Source: Octopus sinensis
Taxonomy: Eukaryota
Assembly: GCF_006345805.1 (NCBI RefSeq)
Contig: NC_042997.1
Location: 84,940,001-85,004,000, forward strand
Length of the DNA stretch: 64,000 nt
Direction: 5' to 3'
Numbering within the stretch: the first letter of the stretch is position 1; every line of letters begins with the position of its first letter. Position numbers and translations under genes: made by a program. Under the pieces are notes generated by a model. The model searched no databases, was not told the DNA's origin, and worked only from the letters and a program-made list of their open reading frames with translations. Of the stretch, positions 14,136-26,539 are shown piece by piece.

Positions 14136-14718
14136 TGCCAAGCTATCTTTTATACTTTGCCATTTCGATTAATTTCTCCTCGAAAATGTAAGAACAGTAA
14201 ATCATTTTGGTATTTTTCCCCTTCTTGACAAGTCTGAGAGATTTTTGCCAAAATTCTCTTAAAAAGTCCATTCCGTTAGGTGAACCCTCCCATTTGACAT
14301 TTGATAATGATCGATGTGATGTGAGAAAGAAATTCGGACCATAAAAATACGGTTATTCACACTGAAAGAACATATACATTTACAAACTGATGCACATTTC
14401 TGTAGACGCGTAGCCGTGTGTTTATATGCTGTGAAAAAAGTGTCGAAATATAGGCGGAGTCAGATTGGGTGTGTGTGTATGTATGTTTTTGTATGAGTGA
14501 GCGAGAGTGAAAGAGAAAGAGTGATGGATAAAAGGAGTAGAAAGTATGTGTGAATTTATGTTTGCTTGCTCACGTGTGTATGTGGACGTTCGTGTTTTCA
14601 CAAATCGAATCAAACATGATTATACATAGATATGTTTGTACGTTTATATGTGTAAGCTTTTCTGCGCATATCATGACCTGTATCTACGTATATGCATGAC
14701 GTGTGATTATGTGCACAA

Positions 14719-14767
<49 letters not shown>

Positions 14768-14770
<3 letters not shown>

Positions 14771-14965
14771 TTTCATTCTTTTACGTGTTTCAGTCATTTG
14801 ACTGTGCCCATGCTGGAGCACCGCCTTTAGTCGAGCAAATCGACCCCAGGACTTATTCTTTGTAATCCCAGTACTTATTCTATCGGCCTCTTTTGCCAAA
14901 CCGCTAATTTACGGGGACGTAAACACGCCAGCTTCGGTTGTCAAGCGACGGTGGGGGACAAACAC
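14768..14965 (-). mobile_element. SINE family A, 3' half
   Basis: gtttcagtcatttgactgtgcccatgctggagcaccgcctttagtcgagcaaatcgacccc...cggttgtcaagcgacggtgggggacaaacac. Confidence 0.85.
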
Positions 14966-15712
14966 AGATACCCAAACATATACACACATACATACATACA
15001 TACATTTCATGCATACATACATATCATGCATACATACATGCATACGTACGTACATACATACACATATATATACATGCATACATACATACATACACACACA
15101 CATACATACATACATACATACATACATACATACATACATACATACATACGTACATACATACATACATACATATAAAATACAAAATGGGACAAGAACGCAA
15201 AACATCCAGACAGTTAGGTGAAAATGAGAGGGACAACAAAACATCCAGATAGATGATACAAAGAAAACAAGGACGGGTCATTCGGAGTTTTCTTTCCTCA
15301 GTCGAGTTCCAGATTATCCTTGCAATTTCGGCTACTTATACTCGAGATTGCTATATACATATATATTTTGTAACTTGGTATAAGAAGAGACAACAATTAA
15401 GATAATCGTTTTATATTTATGATTTACATGAACATAATAAATACATAAATACATACAAAGATATAACATAAAATTACAACAACATAAGGAACATATTTAT
15501 ATATAATTTAGAAAGAAATAAGAGTTATATAAAGTAGAAATGTAGATGAAAAGGGTAACTAAATAAAGGTTGATATATCAATTAAAAATCATATTTACAT
15601 TTAAAATTAAGGTTAAAAGATATTGAAATAAGAATTAAAAGTTATAAAATACATCGGCAGTAGCGGGAAATCCTAATAATGGATTTAAAAGTTTAGAAGA
15701 ATTCCGAAGAAT

Positions 15713-15799
15713 CAATTCGATGGTCGTTTCGGGAGTCCATTAGTCAGCAGGTGTGAATCCTTTAGATTCCCACTGACATGTCCCCTTCATCAGGAATAA
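15713..15799 (-). ncRNA. Degenerate type I hammerhead ribozyme of a Penelope terminal repeat
   Basis: Minus strand ttattc-CTGATGA-long stem II-GAAA-cgaccatc (decayed ACGGCCGTC palindrome)-gaattg. Confidence 0.55.
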
Positions 15800-17019
15800 G
15801 TAAATAGAAAATTAATCCAGTTTGAATGCATGTAAGAGAAAGGAAAGAAAAGAAGGACATTTTTGGTTACATTACGTTAGTCGTCGGCTACTCCATTAGA
15901 TACTAATCACGTTTACGATGATTCACGCTACAAGATTATCTAGTGGTTTTTGGAGTTATCAGGATGTCCATGCTCCTGTACACTACAGCCTACCTCTTAT
16001 CAATAGTGTCACATTTGTCAGTAAGGTGCCGATGAGCTAAGATTCAACATCCAAACCAATGACCTTTGTGTCGTATTTTCCTATACACTACCGTTTCAAC
16101 CTGTGGGAAGGCTGATACAGCAGTGTGTCTTAAAAACCAGATACACATATTACCAACCCCTATCGATGGGTCACATTTCATGGCACACTAAACATCGGTC
16201 AGAGCTTTTATAAGAATGCTCTTTGGGAAAACGGGTGTATAGCACTTTATCTTTACATTTTTTTTTTAAAGATACGCCATCCCACCGTTTTTGATTCTTC
16301 TGTGTTTTTTACTCGGGAGCCGACCTTAGTCCAGGGTCTCTCTATTGCTCGCAATTCTGCCAATGCTCTTGTTGCTGACTTCATTGCAAAGTTTTCGGTC
16401 ATCGCTGCTTGTTTGTAACGGGGTATAGAAGTTTGTGCTTACAAACGTGTCCGTTTCTAGAATTGTCGTTTTCCTACGCCATTCTGAATGTGTAGCTGCC
16501 TGGTTTCGCAACCATATTCTTTTGTTTAATTGCTATAACCTTTTCTGTTTGTCTTTTCTTTTTCATAGTCTTTGTTTTTATTTTCAACATTTTATGAAAT
16601 TCTTATGGGTATATTCATTGCTGCCACGAGAGAATTTCTTACAGGTACGCCAATACGATACGGCCATTAAAATACTACAAGTGAACAAAAGTTTGCAGAA
16701 ATATAAGATGTAAAAATGTCTGATAACATAACTTATTTTCCCATTACATGGTTAACGAGGCAGAAACTCGAAAGTTCCAAAGTACCTTGTGAACAAAACG
16801 AAACAAAAACATTAGTTTTCTGAAACAAGATGTAAGTATCTGTGCATGTGCTTTTGTGTGTTAGAGTTGCAAGTGTGAGACAGAAGGTGGTTTATTGGCT
16901 GGTGTTAGTAAAACATCGTAAAACCCAAAAATAAACCGGAGCTACGTCAAATAAGTTGGTTCACTACAATAAATAAAACCAATTATTATAAGAATAATGA
17001 TAACACTGATGTTGAATAC

Positions 17020-17057
<38 letters not shown>

Positions 17058-17072
17058 GTAATAGTAGTAGTA

Positions 17073-17129
<57 letters not shown>

Positions 17130-17130
17130 A

Positions 17131-17182
<52 letters not shown>
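17020..17182. repeat. Compound (ATC)n(AGT)n(AGC)n microsatellite
   Basis: Direct reading; it explains the poly-Ser, poly-Val and poly-Leu ORFs. Confidence 0.95.
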
Positions 17183-17375
17183 CCCAGCAGATTATTTCTC
17201 AAAGAAATGCGGAAATTATCCAAATATCTGGACATGGGGAAAACACGAACTGGAGAGAAGAGGCTGAAAATAGAAATAATCCATATATTAATAGAAGCTA
17301 TAGGAATGGTAGAGAGGAATAAGCCAACTAATATACACAATATGCGGGAAATAGCTTTTCTACGCACTGCACGCT
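17183..17375 (+). pseudogene. Decayed R4/Dong LINE C-terminal fragment
   Basis: LFLKEMRKLSKYLDM...IIHILIEAIGMV...NIHNMREIAFLRTAR parallels KEMEKLSKYKDL..IPIIVGALGMI..NIQKIALLGTAH of the copy at 29570-29923. Confidence 0.55.
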
Positions 17376-17584
17376 AAGTAATACAATAGAAAGAGTAAGA
17401 CAGAAATACAACAGAGAACATACCCAAAGGCTTCAAACTGAAAGTCAGAAGAATAATTTCATAAAACCGCATCAAATATTTGATTGGAACTTATTTTGTC
17501 AACCTTGGGAATATGAATTCCATGTTTCACTCTAATTTTATTCTTCGTTCAAAACCTCATGTGGCCAATTTTATTCTGTTATTC

Positions 17585-18330
17585 CTTGACTTGTTTCAGT
17601 CATTTGACTGCGGCTATGCTGGAGCACTGCTTTAAAGGCTTTTTAGTCGAAGAAATCTTGCCCAGGACTTATTCTTTGTAAGCCTACTATTTATTCTATC
17701 AGTCTTGTTTGCCGAACTGCTAAGTTACAGGGATGTAAACACACCAGCATCTGTTGTCAGTTGATGAAGGGTGGGGTGCAAACACAAACACACACACACG
17801 CGCACACACACACACACACACATATATACGATGGGCTTCTTTTAGTTTCCGTCTACCAAATCCACTCACAAGGCTTTGGTTGGCTCGAGACTATAGTAGA
17901 AGACATTTGCCCAGTTTGGGAACTAGATGCGGGCGTGGCTGTGTGCTAAGAAGTTTGTTTCTCAACCACTTGGTTCCGGGCTCAATCCTACCGCGTAGCA
18001 TTTTAGTCGAGTACCTTTTATTATAGCCTTCGTCAACCAATGTCTTGTGAACGGATTTAGTAGGCGGAAACTGAAAGAAGCCCGTTTTACATATGTATAT
18101 CTATGTGTGTCTACTTGTTCTTGTGTTTGTCCCGTCACCACTACGTATATGCACATAAATCCAAATCGTGTGTGTGTCTTAGACAAACGATCACCGGTTC
18201 GGCAAAAAAGGCCACTAGAATAAGTACCAGTCTAAAAATAAATACTCCACTCGATTCGTTCGACTAAGACCATGCAAAGTGGTGCACCAGCATGACCGCA
18301 ACCAAGTAACTGAAACAAATAAAAGATAAA
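17585..18330. mobile_element. Two SINE family A copies head-to-head (about 17585-17915 minus, about 17928-18330 plus)
   Basis: Family A tail and body on the minus strand, followed by the head gcgggcgtggctgtgtgctaagaagtttg on the plus strand. Confidence 0.8.
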
Positions 18331-18339
18331 ACATTGATT

Positions 18340-18520
18340 TTTGTCATGAACAGAAAGCCGAATATTCTTTTCTCGGCAACTTTTTTTCACATGCGGCACA
18401 CATTCTTTTCAAAGTATAACTAAAAGTATAGGATAGGGAAAAAAATTATATTCAAGTTGCACTCATACCATCATCTCGTGGCACACCAGTATACCGCAGC
18501 ATACCGGTTGCAGAGCACTG
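18340..18520. mobile_element. Partial hAT-type MITE
   Basis: Right end ggcacaccagtataccgcagcataccggttgcagagcactg resembles Charlie-type TIR ends; the left TIR was not found. Confidence 0.45.
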
Positions 18521-18594
18521 CTCACAGAATGATAAGGGTAGTAGTAACAGTAACAGAAATCTACTTAATTTATGGAGCCTTGGAGTATGGAAGT

Positions 18595-19250
18595 AAAAGC
18601 TTAGTCTCGGCAGAGCTTGAACTCACAAAGTAAAGGGATGTAACTAATTCTTTTTACTCTAGGCACAAGGCCTAAAATTTTAGGAGAGGGTACCAGTCGC
18701 AACTGGTACTTAATTTATCGACCCCAAAAGGATGAAAAGCAAAGTAAACCTCGGTGGAATTTGAGATCAGAACATAAAGACAGACGAAACACTGCTAAGA
18801 AGTTTGCCCGGCGTGCTAACATTTCTGCTAGCTCGCCGCCTTTTAAATTCTTTTCTACTCTAGGCACAAGGCCCGAAATTTTGGAAGAAGGGGTCCAGTT
18901 GATTAGATCGACCCCAGTACGCAACTGGTACTTAATTTATCCACCCCGAAAGGATGAAAGGCAAAATCGACCGCGACGAAATTTGAACTCAGAACCTAAA
19001 GACAGACGAAATACCTATTTCTTTACTACCCACAAGGGGCTAAACACAGAGAGGACAAGCAAGGACAGACAAACGGATTAAGTCGATTATATCGACCCCA
19101 GTGTGTTACTGGTACTTATTTAATCGACCCCGAAAGGATGAAAGGCAAATTCGACCTCGGCGGAATTTGAACTCAGAACGTAACGGCAGACGAAATACCG
19201 CTGAGCATTTCGCCCGGCGTGCTAACGGTTCTGCCAGCTCGCCGCCTAGG
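18595..19250 (-). mobile_element. Tandem or nested SINE family B copies (GGCGGCGAGCTGGCAGAA head); a complete 3' tail at 19020-19085
   Basis: Repeated gttctgagttcaaattccgccgaggtcga..cctttcatcctttcggggtcgattaaataagtaccag, and tail gtccttgcttgtcctctctgtgtttagccccttgtgggtagtaaag. Confidence 0.85.
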
Positions 19251-19716
19251 GGACATAACTAATTGCTGCATTACATTGCATGACATTTTTTTCTGTCACT
19301 TTACCAATGTTGCCATCGATTATCTTCTGATCACGTGAATTTTAAGATGAATTTCACTTGTTTCCGCAAACAATGAGACAAAATGTAATGAATATAATTT
19401 TCTTGATTGAATAAACAATTATCATTGAATGTTTATTGTCAGACAATCCATATATCGATCTTTGTTTAAGAGTGATGTAGATATTAGTTTATATTCAGGC
19501 GTATCGTAATACTTGTGTGTGCGCGCGCGCGTGTGTGTGTATCGTTGGTGCCTCTCAAGCATCATAGTTAAAATGTGAATATGGTATATATGTACTTAAA
19601 CATGGCTTCCAGCAGTGTGAAAACACAGGCACAAAGACACACACACACATAAACACCTACAAAATATATATGCACATGTATACATATATGCATATAAATC
19701 CATATAAGCTCGTATG

Positions 19717-19764
<48 letters not shown>

Positions 19765-19905
19765 TGTGTGTGTATGTGTGTGTGTGTGTATTAATTTACA
19801 TAGAGATAGACAGCCAAAAAGACAATCAGAAAACGAGATATATAGATAGATATTAACATTCAAGCATGTGTACTTAAGTGTAGATGTATGTCTATAGCAG
19901 TGCGC

Positions 19906-19936
<31 letters not shown>

Positions 19937-20889
19937 GCATCTCTGTGTGTTCGTGTTTGTGTATATTTTTATATATAAATATATGTGTGTATAGATGTGT
20001 GTGTATACATACATAGTACATATATGCATTTACACACACATGATTGTGTACATATGTGTGTGTATGTATGTATGTATGAGAGAGAGACAGGGAGAGAGGG
20101 AGAGAGAGAGAAAGAGCGAGCCCGGTTGTCTGAATGGCTGTCTGTGCTGTGAGATTATTCAATTGATGAGTGTCAATTCAGTTCACCAAACATTATTTTA
20201 GCTGTAGCATTGAATAGTAACTATTGCAAAAACTAACGCCACACGTAAGCTGGGCAATGAAGAAAAAAAAAAAAAATAAATAATAAAATAATAAAATAAC
20301 TCCATTCGACCAATCATCATCGACCTTTAATTCTGAACTTTGCTGTTCAAAATAGCGAAACGAAAACTCGAAATCGATCACCTCTATTTAAAGAAGTCAT
20401 TTTGAAAATTCAATTTAGCACTATTCCAGGATCCGAGTCGCTATTATTACTGTTATTGTTGTTTAGCCCTAGGCAAACCCCGGTTGAGTAGATCTATAAT
20501 AAAAGGCGTTTCAGCTGTGACTATCATATCTATTGTTTGGTGGGTTGGTGTCTATATTTTCTCCCAGATAAACATAGTGTTTTGTGGAGTCACACGGTCA
20601 CAGCGTGTATGTGAGTGTGAGAGAGAAAGAAAAAGAGAGAGAGAGAGAAAGAAAGAGAGAGAGAGAGAAAAAGAGAGAAACTGTGAGCCAAGTTCTCTGT
20701 GCAGTAAAATTATTCAATTGATGAAACGCAAAACTGGCCACATGAGGATTTGAACGAAGATCGCCGGTACAAATAATGTAAGACACCCTACTCGAGGTTT
20801 TTTCTAATCTGCCATTTCGCTACTGTAATTACTTATTTGCATTTCGTATGCATGTGATGGTGTGTGTGTGTGCGTGCGTGTGTGTGAAG

Positions 20890-21200
20890 GTGAGTACCTA
20901 CGTGGTTAGGGTATTAAGCTCAAGATCATTAGTTGCGAGTTCGATGCATAGCGGCCTGTTGAGTCCTTGAGCAAGACACTTTATTTCACATTGCTTCAGT
21001 CCACTCAGCTGGCAAAAATAGGTAGTACTGTATTTCAAAGGTCAAGCTTTGAACACATTCTATTTCACACTGAATGTTTCTGAGAACTACACTAAGGATA
21101 AGCATGTCTGTGGAGTGCTCTGCCACTTAAACGTTAAGTAGATGAGCAAGTTGTTCCTTTGATCAGTTTAACTAGAACCCTTGTCGTGGTAACCCACGGA
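20890..21200 (+). mobile_element. Further tRNA-derived SINE (family C)
   Basis: B-box-like gagttcgatgc followed by gagtccttgagcaagacactttatttcacattgcttcagtccactcagctggcaaaaatagg. Confidence 0.65.
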
Positions 21201-21215
21201 GTTCCAGTATGTGTA

Positions 21216-21256
<41 letters not shown>

Positions 21257-22358
21257 GTGAGGGAGAGAGAGAGAGGGAGAGAGAGTGTGTGTGTCTGTAT
21301 CTATGTACGTATATGTCTATGTGTGTGTTATTATCTAGTATTTGTTGTCAAAACAAGGCCGAATCCAGTTGTATATTCCGATTCTTTTAATCCGTTGGTA
21401 AGCTATTTCGGCGGATTTCTTCTATTTTAGGTGTCTTCTCAGAAATATAGGATATATACGATCTTGTCCTGCCACAATTCTCTGATCTTTATTTTCTGTA
21501 ACAGCTCCACATCCTGATGTGTAATGCCTCTTTCTACCAACCAGTTCTTCAAGCTTGATATCCATATCTTCCTTTACTTCAATATTTCCGGTCATCGCCA
21601 GATTCTCCTGGCCCAAATTCTCCTAAATAATTTCAGTGTCAATAAAGTATGTACTCAACTCAACGCCCTACCATTAAGCTATTGTCCTTGTATCAACGTG
21701 TCATATTACAATCTAATATATTATCTGCGGCGAAGGTTACTATTAGCTTACCTTTGACACAACCAGAAGAATGTTCGGATATAGTTAGCTCTTTGTGTGC
21801 TAATATTACATTATCTGTCTTAACAACAATCATATAATATAAGCATACGTCTAGTTAAGTCAACCTGGCGGATGAATCTGCGAGGAACTTTAGTCAAAGA
21901 GTATTTGTCAAATCATGCTCAGTCGTCTTAAATAAAAAGGACACGCTGGATAAAATGGGAATTGTTATGGCTGGAACAGTTCTAATTGATAAAGTTCTAG
22001 TTCTATTTGATAAAGAAATGCTTTGGGCTTAAGCAAAGGAAAGGCAATCAACAATGCAATCTTGACTATATATCATGTAAGAAGAATGTTTAACCACAGA
22101 CGCCCAGAGTTCGTCACTTGCCTCAAAAGAAACCTTCCATAACTGATACAATATATGTTCCTCTTGTAATGCTATACAGATGAACAACATGTTTCACTTG
22201 CTAACAGGTGAAATATGTTCCTTGTTTTACTCTTGACCAATATCGAACTCAATGCTACAGGCTAACGAAACAACCGTCAGTGATATATCAAGCTGTTTGT
22301 CGAGTCACTGTGACTCTCACTTTCTTTCACTTTTATATATATGTGTATACATATATAA

Positions 22359-22396
<38 letters not shown>

Positions 22397-22399
22397 ATA

Positions 22400-23686
22400 C
22401 GAGGGGCGTTCAATAAGTAATGCCCCTGACCCACTTCCCATAGCAGTAGAGCAACGAAACTTGGTACAGTTATTAGTCTTTTTCTACATAGGAACCACCC
22501 AGAGTTACGCATTTCTCCCATCGTTTGATGCGGCTCTGGAGACCGTTTTTGTAGAAGAACCCAGCTTGGTCCTCCAACCTCAACGTGACTTCAGAAATCA
22601 AGGCTGCATCATCTAGGAAACGCTTTCCTTTCAAAAACAACTTCATGATTGGGAAGAGGTGAAAATCAGAGGGTGCAAGGTCAGGAAAGTAGGGAGGATG
22701 GGGAGGAGTTCATAGCCATACGCTTGTGCTTCTGATCTGGCGACACGCGAGTTGTGGACCGGAGCGTTGTCCTGCAGGAGGAGGATGCCTTTGCTGATCT
22801 TGCCCCGCCTCTTGATTTTGATAACTTCTCTTAATTTCCTCAAAAGTGAAGCATAATAGGCTCCTGCAATTGTGGTACCCTTTGCCAGGAAATCTGTCAT
22901 CACTACTCCGTCCTGGTCCCAGAAGACTGTAAGCATGACCTTGCCAGCGGAGGGCTGCACCCTTGTCTTCTTTGGAGGGGGTGAGTCACGGTGCTTCCAC
23001 TGCATTGACTGGGCTTTAGTCTCTGGATCATCGAGATGGACCCAGGTTTCATCCTGTGTAATCAGTCTTTTGAAAAATTTTGACTCATCTTGGCACATCT
23101 CCAAATTCACCCTCGAGCACTCGACGCGTTCTTGCTTCTGGAAAGGCGTGAGCAACCTGGGAATCCATCTGACAGACACCTTTTGCATATGCAAATGGTC
23201 ATGAATGATAGTTTCCTCAGACCCGGTACTAATCTTGACCTCATGGGCTATTTGGCGAATAGTTATGCGTTGACCTTCCAAAATGGCAGCTTCAACTTGA
23301 CGGACAGACGTCTCATCAACGGCAGAAGGGGGCGACCAGATCTGGGAGCTGTTTCCACAGAGTTTCGACCATGTTTGAATTCACGATTCCAGCGTTTTAC
23401 AAGGTCATATGATGGGGCATCATCACCATAAGTTACTTTCATTTCATCAAAAGTCTCCCGTGTTGTGCGTCCTTTTAAATACAAAAACCGGATCACTGCT
23501 CGACACTCAACAGGCTCCATTTCACACTTGACTCGGTTAAAACACCTGTAAATCAGAAACCACAATTAATTCAGAGCTGTAATTTGCCACTTACTCTATA
23601 GTGATATAAATGATTGCACATGCAAAATTTCAGCTAGATCAAACAACTGCAAGTGGGTCAGAGGCATACTTATTGAACGTCCCTCG
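22400..23686 (-). mobile_element. Full-length mariner (DD34D), 1287 bp, with TA TSD
   Basis: TIRs cgaggggcgttcaataagtaatgcccctgacccactt and aagtgggtcagaggcatacttattgaacgtccctcg, with TA on both sides. Confidence 0.95.
22487..23520 (-). pseudogene. Mariner transposase with two frameshifts
   Basis: MEPVECRAVIRFLYLKG..PRSGRP [fs] ..RWIPRLLT..ITQDETWVH..KVMLTVFWD..LLQDNAPVH..ELLP [fs] HPPYFPDLAPSDFHLFP; ORFs 23263-23565 and 22643-23281. Confidence 0.93.
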
Positions 23687-23954
23687 TATGTATATATGTA
23701 TATATATATGTATATATACGTATATATATATATGTGTGTTTGTGTGTATGTATTTATATATTTTGGACACAACATCGTCTAAAATTCAGCATGTGTATTC
23801 CATCCCATTTTTCATAAATTATTATACTATATGACTTTATGATTGATCATTTTAAAAATAAGTTGATATAGATGAAGCAGAGAATTTAATAACGTGTAAA
23901 AAGTACTTAATTATTCGATAATAAGACATCAATGGCTATGAGTTAACAAAGATC

Positions 23955-24145
23955 CCTCGACAAGGCTTCATGATCCGCTAGAAATGCAGTCAAGTCTCCT
24001 TCTGTTCACATACGCTGTTATCTTAAAGAAAGGACACATTGATCAATGGAATCAAAGATGCTCAAAATGATCTGAAAGTCGTGGATGGAAAACCCTTGTT
24101 TATAGGTCTGCTCGATCATAATTGATTCATTGCTAAACAACAGCA
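23955..24145 (+). repeat. Dispersed repeat family G (also about 1-130 minus, 20455-20570 minus, 21865-22045, 51955-52135)
   Basis: Shared degenerate blocks gctagaaat..cag(t/c)caa, tcttaaa..aaggacac..tggat, and ataggt(c/t)tgct..gctaaacaac. Confidence 0.5.
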
Positions 24146-24307
24146 ATGCTAATGGCTATCATAAACAAGGTATCGTAGCACATCGTGACATAAACATATT
24201 TGATTTTCGCTCATTTATTAAAGTATTCACTTATTAAAGTATTCTCCTTTTCATGTCCTTATCTCCTCTATTTTCAGCTTCTGGTTTCTTCCCGTTTACA
24301 TTTATTC

Positions 24308-25270
24308 TATTCCCTCTGTCTCATAATAGTTATTATATTTGCATATATTGTTCTTAATTGCGATACTTATTAAAGGTTACGTTTGTATTTCCTAGCAACC
24401 AATTTGTGATGTTAGGTTTAAACTTAATTAATAATTCGTTTTTAATAGCCTGAAATGCTTTGAAGCAAATTGTTCAAATTTATGTAGCGGTTAAAATTTT
24501 CAACACTACACCTGCTATGTTTATATATTTTAACAGATAATAATGGATAGAAATTTAAGAAAACGTAAGTCAAAATTCGAATCGATAAGTGATATTCAAA
24601 CTGCAGTTCTACAGTATTTGTTGCAACGATTTAAAAAATGAAAAATTGATGAACAGCGCAATAACTGCTGTTTCAAAAGAATTTAAAGAACGTTAAGTCA
24701 CAATTTCCCGATCATAAGCATGTTCTGTAAAAAGAACTTACAATCTATGTTTAAATGTTAGAGTTCAAAAAAGAAAGATCGTTCCAGATTATTGGAAAAT
24801 TGAATGATATTGCATTAAATCAAAAAGGAGGTAAGAGTAGAAGTTTATCGCATGCACTTAATATACCCAAAACTATTGCACAAGAAAAGTTTTTAAAGAA
24901 GAAAAGACATTTAAACATATTTCTTCTTCAATAAATCCTGTTCGTGCTGTAGATAATATAGTTTTGTCTCTTTTATGTGCTTCCTGGTGGCCACTTTCAT
25001 GACAGATGGTTTTAACATCACAAAATCTCATAATGATTTCAATGAACCGGATGAACCAGAAACCCCAGAGATTATGTAAAAGTAAACGGTTTATAACCAA
25101 AGTTACATTTGTGGTAGTGGCAAGACGAGGATAAAATTGACGCGGAGGACATTAACAGAAAAATAAGAATATGGCCATTTTTAATCATTGAGAAAAATGT
25201 ATACATAGTCATGTTTTTGCACACATAGATATTGAAAGCAAAGAAACTACTGATCGAGATATCAACGCGT
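24308..25270 (+). mobile_element. Relic of a DD39D (plant-mariner-type) transposon with a Stowaway-like left TIR
   Basis: TA+ttccctctgtctcataatag at 24308-24329. Peptides MDRNLRKRK..AVLQYLLQRF..NSAITAVSKEF..VTISR, RLCKSKRFITKVTFVVVARR (about 25070-25130) and RKIRIWPF (about 25158-25181) were seen. The right TIR was not found. Confidence 0.7.
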
Positions 25271-25832
25271 TATCAATAAAACTATGGTGAGTTATTCCTG
25301 TTGCCTTTTGTTCCTGTTGCTTAGCACCAGTTCAGCCCTGATTAATTAGAGCGATTTTATGCACGTTTGTTGGAATGCAAATGCTAATATGCACATGCAC
25401 ACTACATTGTTATTCTTCCATAAAGCAACTTAAACTGACTTTCACAACCTTACTTACACTATACTATCTGTCATCATTTCTATTTCACTTTCCACTCCTG
25501 TGGGGCTGTTAAAACACAGCTTACAATTAGGGCACGCCATTATTACTATGACTGATTTTTTGCCTAATTGAAGCAAAATGAACACCAACAAGAAGGGTTT
25601 TAAAAGTTATCTGAACCATAGCTCTTCGATTAAGTGTTTTCAATTAATATAATGGTACAACATGGAAATTTTGAACTTGTAGGTTTTCCTTCTTTCTAAA
25701 ACAAGTATGTTTATAATAAAATATTAGGAAAGTTGGCTATTGGTGCATGAATATGAAAGCATAATAGAACGTGATGGTTAATCACAGATTATCTGAATAT
25801 GACCACTGGAAAATATATGTAAATGCTTTATT

Positions 25833-26471
25833 CCCTGCACACCCTAGATCCTGTCATTATTTTTCTTGTTTTCCTATCTATTTTGGTCAGTTCATTTAGT
25901 GTCCAGTTAAGGATATTGTAGCTGTAATTTATAACTGGGACAGCTAAAGTGTTAATACCTATTATCTTGTTTTTAGCATTGAGCTCTGTTTCTAGTATTG
26001 ATCTAACTCGTCTATAATATTCTTTTTTATTTTCTCTTTCATTTGTGCGTGTTGTGTCTTATCTAGTTCATGGATTCCTAAGTATTTGTAAGTTTGGCTT
26101 TGGTCTAATTCTTTTATTTCATTGGTTTTATCTAGTGTGATGTTGCTACTCTTAACTAGTTTTCCTCTTTTCATGGTTACTTTGGCGCATTTTTCTAATC
26201 CAAATTTCATATCTATTTCTTTGGTAAATTCATGAACTGTCTTTAATAGTGTTTCCAGCTGTTTGTCATTTGCAGCGTATAGTTTTAGGTCATCCATATA
26301 TAAAAGGTGGCTGATCGTTTTGCCGTAACATTTATATCCGCATCCAGTTCTATTTAGCATATTAGATAGAGGTGACAGTGCCAAGCAGAAAAAGGAGTGG
26401 AGAGAGCGTGTCTCCCTGGAATATTCCTCTTCTAATGGGGATGGCTTTGGTTTTCATGAGTCCCTCTTTTG

Positions 26472-26474
<3 letters not shown>
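25833..26474 (-). pseudogene. R4/Dong LINE reverse transcriptase fragment
   Basis: IRRGIFQGDTLSPLLF, ISHLLYMDDLKLYA, FGLEKCA, YKYLG, INTLAVPVINYS; the 5' end abuts (ATT)n. Confidence 0.92.

Positions 26475-26538
<64 letters not shown>

Positions 26539-26539
<1 letters not shown>

Noticed and set aside
15850-16720. Possible THAP or Kolobok-type transposon remnant
   Set aside because: Only vague motif echoes (DAIPTVF-like, DTFV); no TIR, TSD or consistent frame.
20130-20730. Duplicated attattcaattgatga after (GA)n at about 20155 and 20708
   Set aside because: A short old local duplication or common repeat remnant with no further structure.
21420-21720. Possible RTE LINE C-terminal remnant (ENLAMTGNIEVK, minus)
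   Set aside because: A single short motif; insufficient support.
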